Part shown: piece by piece, positions 39,652-47,517 of the stretch
Position numbering within the stretch: position 1 is the first letter of the stretch
Layout of the letters: every line of letters starts with the position of its first letter
Source: a virus
Taxonomy: Duplodnaviria > Caudoviricetes
DNA: 52,184 nt
Reading direction: 5' to 3' (one strand)
Virus record (IMG/VR): IMGVR_UViG_3300030012_002628
Coordinates: 1-52,184 of that record
Position numbers and translations under genes: made by a program
Notes under the pieces: generated by a model
The model's input: only the letters and a program-made list of their open reading frames with translations
What the model was told of the DNA's origin: nothing
The model's database searches: none

Positions 39652-39888
39652 TCAATTATTTTGTTCAATTATTTTTTTGGTGCTGTTTGTTCTGTTTTGC
39701 CACTTGTATTTCATGACCTTGGCAATCGTAAGGCAGAGGCTTTGCCTTGTTGGAAGTCCATTGTCGGCCATGTATTCTTGAACCGTCTCGGCAATTTCAG
39801 GCAGTCGAGATGCGCTTGTTAAATTGAATTCAAAGTTTATTAACAGCTCGTTCGAAATCTCTTCTATTTTTTCAGGTGTTATAAACAT
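39652..39888 (-). CDS. Hypothetical early protein
   Basis: 78 aa ORF. Confidence 0.55.
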   Translation of the reverse strand: MFITPEKIEEISNELLINFEFNLTSASRLPEIAETVQEYMADNGLPTRQSLCLTIAKVMKYKWQNRTNSTKKIIEQNN

Positions 39889-39895
39889 GATCTAA

Positions 39896-40162
39896 TTATT
39901 TTGAGGTTACAAATATGCCTGTAATTTCTGAACCGTATCCAAGTATCCAAGTCTGTTCTTTGGGGCTTGGAGTTTGGCCGTCTGTTAAATTAACTTTTGC
40001 CGTGAATCTTTTTAAATGGCCCGCTGGGAAGTAAATCTCGTGTATTTCGCCATTGTCTAGATATTTGATATCCATTACAGGCTCCCCATGATATCCGTAT
40101 CTGTTGAAGTTTGGTAAACTATCAAATAGATCTGTAACTTTTTTCATTGTTGAGTAATTCAT
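39896..40162 (-). CDS. Hypothetical early protein
   Basis: 88 aa ORF with an A-rich leader. Confidence 0.55.
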   Translation of the reverse strand: MNYSTMKKVTDLFDSLPNFNRYGYHGEPVMDIKYLDNGEIHEIYFPAGHLKRFTAKVNLTDGQTPSPKEQTWILGYGSEITGIFVTSK

Positions 40163-40213
40163 TTTATTTATTTATTTATTTATTCAGTGTTTAATTCAGA
40201 TCGTCTTTTTGAC

Positions 40214-40258
40214 TCCCTGATTCCTGCCCCCCTCATTGAGAGGGGCAGAGGATCAAGG
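40214..40258. other. Long stem-loop downstream of ardC
   Basis: CTGATTCCTGCCCC-CCTC-ATT-GAG-AGGGGCAG-AGGATCA; no U tract, so more like a processing or stability hairpin. Confidence 0.5.
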
Positions 40259-40266
40259 TTCAAGGT

Positions 40267-41235
40267 TTAGGATTCAGGAATCCATTCCTGCAAGGGGCAT
40301 CCAAGAATATGCTCACAAGCTCTTTGAGCTTTGCCCCCTGCAATCAAGAGCATTTTAGGATCGTCTTTTAATTTAGAAATCCATCCTTTCACATATGCTG
40401 CACTGTTGTTCTGTTCATCTTCTCCCCAACATCCTGTAATTAGTGCGAGCATTGCAGCGCCTAATTCAGCGACAAGTTCCTCCCTTGAATAGCTTTGAGT
40501 TCCAAAGCCTTTAATATCTGTAATCTCTTTTCTGGCCAATCTCTTTTCATGGCCTGTTGAATGAACCAATTCATGGAATAAAGTTTTATAAAAAGACTCC
40601 GAATTTTTCCATTGTTCCATTAAGGGCATTTCAACAAGGTCTCTTGACGGGGAATAACAAGGGCTTTGACCGTCTCTTTTTAGCTTCATTTCAAGGGCGG
40701 GCGGGTTTTCGAAATTAGTCCAAACTTGCTCAGCTCTTGCAATTGCCTGATTTTTGCGCTCGGTCTCGGTCAATTCAGGGGCGGGGGCTTCATCGGGAAA
40801 GTCAATTCCTTCGATTTGTTCGGCATTCCAAACAACGAATTTTGACACGTAAAAGACTTTGGAATGAATGGCGGGGTTTTCTTTGCCTTTAGAAACGGGC
40901 TTGCCGTTTTCATCTTTCCACGCAATTCCCCATTTCAAACACTTTGTACCCTTTTCACCTTTTCTTACTTTGCCCCCTAATTTCTTGATCCCGCCCCATG
41001 GCAACCAATATCTTGAACTATAGCCTTGCATCAAGAGGATGAAGATATTCCCGCCCTCGTATTCTTTGCCCGTGTCAAAGTTCATCGGAATTGCAAAGAC
41101 TGAACCGATGTTCTTACTTGAACCGATCCATTTTTTAGACCATGGAACAAGGTTTTTATCTTGCATTTTATCTGTGATGATTTCCATCACTTCATCTTGC
41201 GGGGAACTTTTTTTTGCTTTGGTTGCTGTATTCAT
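40267..41235 (-). CDS. ardC: ArdC-like antirestriction protein (ssDNA-binding plus zincin domain)
   Basis: PW, Y.G.N..LL, GGKVRKGEKG, WNAEQIEG, FHELVHSTGH..RL.R, YSREELVAELGA and SAAYV.GW. Confidence 0.9.
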   Translation of the reverse strand: MNTATKAKKSSPQDEVMEIITDKMQDKNLVPWSKKWIGSSKNIGSVFAIPMNFDTGKEYEGGNIFILLMQGYSSRYWLPWGGIKKLGGKVRKGEKGTKCLKWGIAWKDENGKPVSKGKENPAIHSKVFYVSKFVVWNAEQIEGIDFPDEAPAPELTETERKNQAIARAEQVWTNFENPPALEMKLKRDGQSPCYSPSRDLVEMPLMEQWKNSESFYKTLFHELVHSTGHEKRLARKEITDIKGFGTQSYSREELVAELGAAMLALITGCWGEDEQNNSAAYVKGWISKLKDDPKMLLIAGGKAQRACEHILGCPLQEWIPES

Positions 41236-41285
41236 TTTTTTGGTATTCAGTTTTTTGTAAGAAATTCGTTCTCTTAACTGCCTTT

Positions 41286-41314
41286 ATTAAACGGCCTTTT
41301 CTCTATTTCTTCAA
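41286..41314 (-). promoter_or_regulatory. sigma70-like early promoter
   Basis: TTGAAG-N17-TTTAAT upstream of ardC. Confidence 0.5.
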
Positions 41315-41412
41315 GTCTTTTTTTCAGAATAAAATACGATTCCTTATAACTGATTCAAGGTCAATAGATTACAAGGCAAAGTTTTTTTGATTCCGCCCCC
41401 TTTTTTCGGAAT

Positions 41413-41428
41413 TGTTCCACATGGAACA
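41413..41428. promoter_or_regulatory. parS-like 16-bp palindrome
   Basis: TGTTCCACATGGAACA, one mismatch from the common parS variant TGTTCCACGTGGAACA. Confidence 0.65.
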
Positions 41429-41506
41429 GGGGGCAAGATTCAGGAATCGGGGGGCCGTAAACTTCGAACCGTCTCCGCCATTTCGTCAACTGGGGCCGTG
41501 CAATTT

Positions 41507-41569
41507 TTGGGAATCGTGCAAAATGAATCCTTGTTCATGAATCGGGGTTCATGTTTCAGGAATCGGGGG
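41507..41569. repeat. Degenerate 7-bp periodic repeat tract
   Basis: ttgggaa tcgtgca aaatgaa tccttgt tcatgaa tcggggt tcatgtt tcaggaa tcggggg; tcaggaatcgggggg recurs at 41440. Confidence 0.65.
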
Positions 41570-41716
41570 GCGGGTTCTTGATGAAATGGCCTTGGCCACT
41601 GGATTTTCTAGGGCTTGGCCTGTTGCACGATGCCTGACGCTTGCGACACGCCACGGGTGGGGGTGCTACTTTTTGTGTGGAGCTGTGTGTGTATGTGTAT
41701 GTGCGCGGGAAAAAAC

Positions 41717-41745
41717 TTGACAAAAATGGTAGCCGATTGAAGAAT
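41717..41745 (+). promoter_or_regulatory. sigma70-like rightward promoter
   Basis: TTGACA-N17-AAGAAT, 8 nt before ATG 41754. Confidence 0.5.
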
Positions 41746-41753
41746 CAAACAAT

Positions 41754-42008
41754 ATGGAAACAGAATTAGACTACTATTCACGCAATAAACAGGCGCGAAA
41801 AGAATACCAACGTAAATATTACGAGAAGAACAAGGAGCGTATTCAAAGGAGAAGGAAGCTTGACGAGATTGCAGATCCAGAAAAGTTTGAAGCAAGAAGG
41901 AACTACAACAAATCGTATTATCAGAAAAACAAAGAGAAGATTCTAAAAAAGAGGGCGGAAGCGTATGCAGCAAAAAAGGCAATCAAGAAAGCCCAACCAC
42001 AGTTGTAA
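41754..42008 (+). CDS. Small basic helical protein with YY.KNKE.I repeats
   Basis: YYSRNKQ, YYEKNKERI and YYQKNKEKI. Confidence 0.7.
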   Translation: METELDYYSRNKQARKEYQRKYYEKNKERIQRRRKLDEIADPEKFEARRNYNKSYYQKNKEKILKKRAEAYAAKKAIKKAQPQL

Positions 42009-42045
42009 CACATAAACTCAAATACAAAGTATTCTAGAATTCTAT

Positions 42046-42074
42046 ATCTATAGTAGTAAATTACTATTATAGAT
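42046..42074. promoter_or_regulatory. 29-bp AT-rich palindrome, copy A
   Basis: ATCTATAGTAGTAA-A-TTACTATTATAGAT, one mismatch between arms. Confidence 0.75.
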
Positions 42075-42141
42075 ACTAATTACAGAAATAGTTTTAGATA
42101 AGGTTTTGCTAAAACTGCATCCCACAGATCTTGCGCTCAGA

Positions 42142-42169
42142 TTGACTAAACCGCTAATTATGGTAATGT
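42142..42169 (+). promoter_or_regulatory. sigma70-like leaderless promoter
   Basis: TTGACT-N16 with extended TGn-TAATGT, 7 nt before ATG 42177. Confidence 0.6.
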
Positions 42170-42176
42170 CTTTGCT

Positions 42177-42449
42177 ATGGCAGATAAGGCTAGTCTCAGA
42201 AAACGCTTACTTAAACAAGCTGGGGTATCAGGTATGGGAAAAGCCAAAAGAACACCCAATCATAAAACAAAATCTCATGTTGTTGTAGCTAATTGCAATG
42301 GCAAGCCAAAGCTAATCAGATTCGGGCAACAGGGTGCAAAAACCAATCAAAACGCTAAACAAAGGAAAGCGTTTAAAAGTAGACACCGTAAAAATATTGC
42401 TAAAGGCCCATGTTCCGCTGCTTATTGGGCAAACAAAGTTAAGTGGTAA
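42177..42449 (+). CDS. Small basic phage protein
   Basis: KLIRFGQQG...RKAFKSRH...SAAYWA.KVKW, a family recalled as common in aquatic phages. Confidence 0.75.
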   Translation: MADKASLRKRLLKQAGVSGMGKAKRTPNHKTKSHVVVANCNGKPKLIRFGQQGAKTNQNAKQRKAFKSRHRKNIAKGPCSAAYWANKVKW

Positions 42450-42631
42450 TGAAAAAGAAGAGTAAGTCTAGAGTAAACGAAGCAGGTAACTACACCAAGC
42501 CAACTATGCGTAAAAGATTGTTCCAACGCATAAAGGCGGGTTCTAAAGGAGGCCCTGCTGGAGTTTGGTCGGCTCGAAAAGCACAGATGCTTGCTCGCGA
42601 ATACAAGGCAAAGGGAGGAGGATACAGGTAA
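42449..42631 (+). CDS. Small basic protein resembling the N-part of DUF5872-containing proteins
   Basis: YTKP.MR......IKAGSKGG..G.WSARKAQMLA.EYK.KGGGY. Confidence 0.7.
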   Translation: MKKKSKSRVNEAGNYTKPTMRKRLFQRIKAGSKGGPAGVWSARKAQMLAREYKAKGGGYR

Positions 42632-42897
42632 TGGCACTCAAGAAATCACAGAAGTCTCTAAAGAACTGGACTAAGCAGAAGTGGAGAACGAAAAGCGGGA
42701 AGAAGTCTTCTGAGACTGGAGAGCGTTATTTACCCGAAAAAGCCATAAAATCTTTATCCGCTTCAGAATATGCTGCGGGAACCAGACGTAAGCGTGAAGC
42801 AATGAGAAAGGGTAAGACTAGAGCTAAGTATACCGAGGCAGAAGCAAGAGCGTTTTTGAGAGCTACTAATCGCAAGAAAAAGCGCAAGAGCAAATAA
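42631..42897 (+). CDS. Small basic DUF5872-like protein
   Basis: SQKSLKNWTKQKW.T...ERYLPEKA..SLS; TAATG-coupled start. Confidence 0.7.
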   Translation: MALKKSQKSLKNWTKQKWRTKSGKKSSETGERYLPEKAIKSLSASEYAAGTRRKREAMRKGKTRAKYTEAEARAFLRATNRKKKRKSK

Positions 42898-42914
42898 CTC
42901 TTCAATAATAATCA

Positions 42915-42943
42915 ATCTATAGTTGTAAATTACAACTATAGAT
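42915..42943. promoter_or_regulatory. 29-bp perfect palindrome, copy B, overlapping a promoter
   Basis: ATCTATAGTTGTAA-A-TTACAACTATAGAT; overlaps TTGTAA-N16-TACATT, which ends 5 nt before ATG 42956. Confidence 0.8.
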
Positions 42944-42955
42944 ATACATTTGGGT

Positions 42956-43444
42956 ATGAACAAATATATGAAGATACCCAAAGGTTTCCAAGAAATCCCT
43001 AGAGCAGCAGACAATTACGTTGTTTCGGCTTCAGGATTCGTGTTCAATCTGAAAACAGGCCGATTGCTCAAGCAGCATTGGAACGGATACAACACTTACA
43101 CAATTATCCGCGATAAAGAAGGTAGGCAGTTTCGGTTTTGCTTTGAGAAGATGCACCGACAAAACTACACCCCTCTTACCAAAGATTGGGTTTTGAATGA
43201 GGATAAAGCTAAAATTATCCCTGAATACCCTGACTATGCTGTTTCTTCATATGGGGCGGTCTACATAATTAACCCAAGGAAGAAAGGCCCTCGTGCTGGG
43301 GAGGTATACATGATTAGTGAGCAAATGAAACAGGGACATCCTTATGTTCGGTTGGGACATCCCGAAACCAAAAAACCCAGAGATGTAAGGCTAGATAAAC
43401 TAACCAAACAACTCTGGGGTGATGAGAGCACGTATATGCCCTAA
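42956..43444 (+). CDS. Tandem NUMOD4-like domain protein without an HNH nuclease domain
   Basis: Two copies of IP...Y.VS..G.V...GY/PY..L; no HNH His/Asn motif. Confidence 0.6.
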   Translation: MNKYMKIPKGFQEIPRAADNYVVSASGFVFNLKTGRLLKQHWNGYNTYTIIRDKEGRQFRFCFEKMHRQNYTPLTKDWVLNEDKAKIIPEYPDYAVSSYGAVYIINPRKKGPRAGEVYMISEQMKQGHPYVRLGHPETKKPRDVRLDKLTKQLWGDESTYMP

Positions 43445-43644
43445 CCTTTTGGAGCAGGTCGTGGGATCATTTCTAATCCAACACCTGCTTTGAATGGCAT
43501 CGGTTGCACCTTAATCGTTCCTTCAAGATTTGAAGCAGGATTAGTGAATGGGATAGGCACATTCCCTGACAAGTCAGTCGAGGAACATGATGCACCAAAC
43601 ATGATACAGGATGCCGTTGCTATAATAATGGCAAGTCGTTTCAT
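43441..43644 (-). CDS. Small lipoprotein
   Basis: MKRLAIIIATASCIMFGASC signal with lipobox; antisense to neighbours; TTGAC boxes upstream. Confidence 0.6.
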   Translation of the reverse strand: MKRLAIIIATASCIMFGASCSSTDLSGNVPIPFTNPASNLEGTIKVQPMPFKAGVGLEMIPRPAPKG

Positions 43645-43692
43645 AACCATATTAGCGTAAGGACGCGTTAGTCAATGTCAACTTCTAAACCA

Positions 43693-43721
43693 TTGACTAA
43701 AATGAAATTGACAAGTATTGT
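43693..43721 (+). promoter_or_regulatory. sigma70-like portal promoter
   Basis: TTGACT-N17-TATTGT, 9 nt before ATG 43731. Confidence 0.6.
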
Positions 43722-43730
43722 ATTCTGATA

Positions 43731-45956
43731 ATGAACCGTGACCACCCTTTAGAAATTGATGGGTTAGAATTAGATGCTCTCAATGAGAAGGGTAAACCCG
43801 TGGAAACTCGTCTTAAAGACGTAAAAAGCGCAATATCTATATTCAGAACTTTATTCAAAGCAGATGAAAAATCAGCAGTCAACCGAGCAAGAGTCGATGC
43901 GATGTTCGATGGGGCAGCCCCTTATAATCAGGGAAGTCTCACGACGAGCGGGCAAGGACTCAAAACAAACCTCAATTTTGGCGAAGCTCAAAGACTCCTC
44001 GATATTTCACTTTCTGCTTATGTGGATCTTTATAGTTCTCTTGAGCGTCTTGTTGATGTTAAAGGAACTCTAGGAGAACAGAGTGAAATCACTCCACTTG
44101 AAGATATTGTTAGTGATGAGTTAACTCACTTGATGCGCTCATGGCCTGAGTTCCATAGTGCATACCTTAGACTTTGCACCACGTTCATTAAGCATGGAGT
44201 ATCTATCGCTTACTTTGATTCTCCAGACGATTGGAAGTTTAGGGTTGGTGGTTTTACTGACATCCTGATTCCGCGACAGACTCCTGCATCTGAAGAGTGT
44301 ATCGACATCGCTATCGGGAGGCGTGAATATTTGTTGCATGAGCTTCATGCGTTTATCAAGAATGAGGAAGCAGCTACCAAGGTTGGTTGGAATATTGATG
44401 AGGTAAAGCGAGTCATTCAGAAGAATGCTAAGACTACGGGTCGTTCAACAGCTACTAATAGTTTGACTGAGTTCGAGGCTCTTCAATCAGAGTTAAAGAA
44501 CAACGATATCTATTCAGGAATCCAGAATCCTACAGTATCTGTATTGCATTACTGGGTAAAGGAGATGGATGGAACAGTTAGTCATTATATCTCTTGCGAG
44601 AATATGCCTAAAGATTTCATGTATAAGAAAGTTTCTCGCTATGATAGTGCGGAACAAGCTTATGTAATGTTTACTTATGGTGTTGGTTCTAATGGAACTT
44701 ACCATTCTATTCGTGGATTAGGGCAGCGTATCTTCTCTCACATACAAACTAGCAACCGTTTACGTTGTCAGCAGATTGATGGAGCTATGTTAGCTTCAGC
44801 AGTTATGATTCAGCCAGAGAACCAGCGTTCTTTGGATGAGCTACAGTTTACGTATTATGGTGCATATGCGGTGATGTCACCGAATGTAAAGATTGTTGAG
44901 AAGGCTATACCTAACTTGGGGACTGCCGTACAGCCCGCTTTGCAAGACATCACTAATCAATTGCAATTGAACACTGATACAGTCAGCACATATGGCCCGA
45001 ATCAGAGTTCACCATACAGGAATCAAATGCAGGTTGCTTCTGATATTGATGTAACTAGTAGATTGTCTGGTGCATCCTTGAACCTGTTTTATGCATCATG
45101 GAGCCGACTCCTGAAAGAGGTAGTTCGTAGAGTTGTAACAACTAAGAAGAGAGACAAAGCGGTAACAGATTTTTACGAGCGTTGTGCGAAGCGTGGGGTT
45201 CCTGAACAGTTTATCAAGACCTTGGATGTTGACCGCACAAAAGCTGTTCGTTCTATTGGCAGTGGTTCCCGTGCAGACCGAGTGACATCACTTCGTGAGT
45301 TGCAGGGGATTAGTGGTCAGTTTGATGAAGTGGGTAGGCGTAATCTTACTAGGGACATTGTAGCTACTCGTGTAGGTCATGACTTGGCTGACAGGTATGT
45401 TCCTGCAAATGTTGAGAAGCGTCCTACTGTAGATGTGAAGATTGCGTTCTTTGAGAATCAGCAATTGCAAGAAGGGCAGAATGTTCCTGTCATTCCGAAT
45501 GAGATGCACGGAACACACCTTGAGGTTCATGTTCCTGTGTTGAATCAACTGATTCAATCTCTCAACGAGGGACAGGCAGATCCGATGCAGGTGTTGCCTA
45601 TGCTTCAGTCCTTCTATCAGCATATTAGTGATACTGCTCAATTGGCAGCGGGAGATCCTGCGTTGGAAGGATTGGTCTCTCAGACTAAGCAAGTTCTTCA
45701 ATTTGCTGAAGAAGCAATCAATAACACTATGAAAGCTGTGCAGAAGATGCAGCGTGAGCAGATGGAGCAACAAGGAGTTGAAGGGCCACAGGCAGAAATG
45801 ATGCAACAAGACTCTAAATTGCAGGAACATCAGGTTAAAATGCAGATTGCACAGGAAAAAGCTGAATTGGACATGGCTATCAAACAGAAAAAACATGAAC
45901 AAGAAATGGCTATACGAGATGCGAAGGCTGCGCTAGAGTTCAGAGAGAATTCTTAA
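43731..45956 (+). CDS. Portal protein
   Basis: 741 aa, helical, with a Q-rich C-terminal barrel; precedes scaffold and capsid genes. Confidence 0.8.
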   Translation: MNRDHPLEIDGLELDALNEKGKPVETRLKDVKSAISIFRTLFKADEKSAVNRARVDAMFDGAAPYNQGSLTTSGQGLKTNLNFGEAQRLLDISLSAYVDLYSSLERLVDVKGTLGEQSEITPLEDIVSDELTHLMRSWPEFHSAYLRLCTTFIKHGVSIAYFDSPDDWKFRVGGFTDILIPRQTPASEECIDIAIGRREYLLHELHAFIKNEEAATKVGWNIDEVKRVIQKNAKTTGRSTATNSLTEFEALQSELKNNDIYSGIQNPTVSVLHYWVKEMDGTVSHYISCENMPKDFMYKKVSRYDSAEQAYVMFTYGVGSNGTYHSIRGLGQRIFSHIQTSNRLRCQQIDGAMLASAVMIQPENQRSLDELQFTYYGAYAVMSPNVKIVEKAIPNLGTAVQPALQDITNQLQLNTDTVSTYGPNQSSPYRNQMQVASDIDVTSRLSGASLNLFYASWSRLLKEVVRRVVTTKKRDKAVTDFYERCAKRGVPEQFIKTLDVDRTKAVRSIGSGSRADRVTSLRELQGISGQFDEVGRRNLTRDIVATRVGHDLADRYVPANVEKRPTVDVKIAFFENQQLQEGQNVPVIPNEMHGTHLEVHVPVLNQLIQSLNEGQADPMQVLPMLQSFYQHISDTAQLAAGDPALEGLVSQTKQVLQFAEEAINNTMKAVQKMQREQMEQQGVEGPQAEMMQQDSKLQEHQVKMQIAQEKAELDMAIKQKKHEQEMAIRDAKAALEFRENS

Positions 45957-45959
45957 TTA

Positions 45960-46256
45960 ATGCCAAAACACCCGACTCCACCTATAGCTGTATCCAACTG
46001 GTTTCAAGATTTAGCTTCTGTTCAAGAACTAAGAGAAACACTACATAAACCTAGCTTTAAACAAGCTGTAGCTATCTTAAAAGAAATAGCAGGGCCTACT
46101 TTTAATACTCTTCAGCAAACTGATCAAGATGCACAACGTCTTGCTTGGTATGCGGGGTATAGAGATGCATTTAATGATCTTGAAAAATTGACAAAATTGC
46201 CTGAAGATAAGAGAAGTAATACAACAACTCTTAACGAGTGGACACATATAGAATAA
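45960..46256 (+). CDS. Hypothetical head-associated protein
   Basis: 98 aa between portal and scaffold; AGY..A...LE.L motif. Confidence 0.65.
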   Translation: MPKHPTPPIAVSNWFQDLASVQELRETLHKPSFKQAVAILKEIAGPTFNTLQQTDQDAQRLAWYAGYRDAFNDLEKLTKLPEDKRSNTTTLNEWTHIE

Positions 46257-46260
46257 AATA

Positions 46261-47472
46261 ATGAGTGAAGAAACTGCTGTAGAAGCAACCGACCCTGTAG
46301 AAGCACTGCCAGAAGAGCAGCAAATGGATTTTAGTTCAGCACTAGATGCTGCGTTTGCAAAACTTGAAAATCCAGAACCTGATCCAGAACCAGAACCAGA
46401 GGCAGAAGTAGAAGTAGAAGCCGAGGGTGAGGAAACTCCTGAAGCAGAGGTTGAAGAGGTTGAAGAATCTAATGAAGAGGAAGCAGCGGAAGAAACTTCA
46501 GAGACTACAGAAGAGGAGGAGAAGTCTGAATCCTTTGACCCGACCGATGATCTTGAAGCCGAAGTCGGGGATGATTGGACACCCAAAGCAGCATCACGTT
46601 TTAAAAAGCTCAAAGCAGAATTAAAAGCGTCCACAGATGAATTAGAATCGTTGCGTCAGCAATTAGCTGAAAATGAGAGCAAGGTTAAAGAACTGACTGG
46701 GGCTGTAGAATCAAACGATATTGAATCTCTTCAAAAAAAGTTAGCTGAGTATGAGAGTGAAAAAATGTTTACGAATCTTGAAGATACGGAAGCATATAAG
46801 ACTGCAGTTACGGAGCCTTTAGACAAACTTATTGATACGACTCGTGAAATTGCGGAGAAGTATGATGTTAGCCCTGATGAGTTGGTAGATGCTCTAGCCA
46901 TTCAAGATGCTTCTGAGCAAGACGAAAAGCTAACTGAGCTATTAGTGGATGCTACTGATAGAGATCGTGCAAAGGTGTATCGTGTAATTGAAGACATTTC
47001 CCCTATCCTTGAGAAAAGAGCCTCTATGATGGAGAATGCTTCAGAGGCTTTGAATGAGGCAAATGCTGCGAAAGAAAAAGAAATTGAAGTCCAAGCTGCG
47101 GAAAGGGCTAAAGAAAGGCAGAATGCAGCTAGAAACGTAGTTGCTAGGGTTCAAAAGAAGTTACCTTTCTTGAGTGGTATTGAGGGTTTGGACATGAAAG
47201 CCATTCAAGAAAAAGCAGCAGAAGTAGATCCTTCTGTAATTCATCCTGTGGACTACACTTACAATTCAGTAAGTGCTCAGATTTTACCCGCCATAATTAA
47301 AGAATATGTAGGTATGAGGAAAGAAAATGAGGTTCTTACAGATAGATTGGCTGAATATGAGGAGGCAGAACCATCTATGTCAGGCTCATCACCGTCTACT
47401 AAGACCGTTGACGATAAACTTTCTTTTGAAGATAGGATCGAAGCTGCTTTTGCAGGTGCTCTGGGGCAGTAA
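46261..47472 (+). CDS. Capsid scaffolding protein
   Basis: Very acidic N-terminus plus coiled coils, directly upstream of the major capsid gene. Confidence 0.75.
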   Translation: MSEETAVEATDPVEALPEEQQMDFSSALDAAFAKLENPEPDPEPEPEAEVEVEAEGEETPEAEVEEVEESNEEEAAEETSETTEEEEKSESFDPTDDLEAEVGDDWTPKAASRFKKLKAELKASTDELESLRQQLAENESKVKELTGAVESNDIESLQKKLAEYESEKMFTNLEDTEAYKTAVTEPLDKLIDTTREIAEKYDVSPDELVDALAIQDASEQDEKLTELLVDATDRDRAKVYRVIEDISPILEKRASMMENASEALNEANAAKEKEIEVQAAERAKERQNAARNVVARVQKKLPFLSGIEGLDMKAIQEKAAEVDPSVIHPVDYTYNSVSAQILPAIIKEYVGMRKENEVLTDRLAEYEEAEPSMSGSSPSTKTVDDKLSFEDRIEAAFAGALGQ

Positions 47473-47483
47473 ATATTCGTGCA

Positions 47484-47512
47484 TTGACAACTATAGATAT
47501 TTAAATTATTCT
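47484..47512 (+). promoter_or_regulatory. sigma70-like capsid promoter containing one palindrome arm
   Basis: TTGACA-N17-TATTCT; 47487-47500 ACAACTATAGATAT is identical to 42932-42945. Confidence 0.75.
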
Positions 47513-47517
47513 AAGTT

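Noticed and set aside
41387-41982. ORFs 41387..41581 (+) and 41608..41982 (-)
   Set aside because: They run through repeat and control DNA or antisense to a real gene and have no credible start context
42915-42943. Protelomerase telRL or dif site
   Set aside because: No protelomerase or recombinase gene, shorter than telRL, and no match to XerC/XerD arms
45288-46634. Long antisense ORFs (204 and 185 aa) and other shadow ORFs in the track
   Set aside because: They mirror E/Q-rich codons of the portal and scaffold genes and have implausible composition
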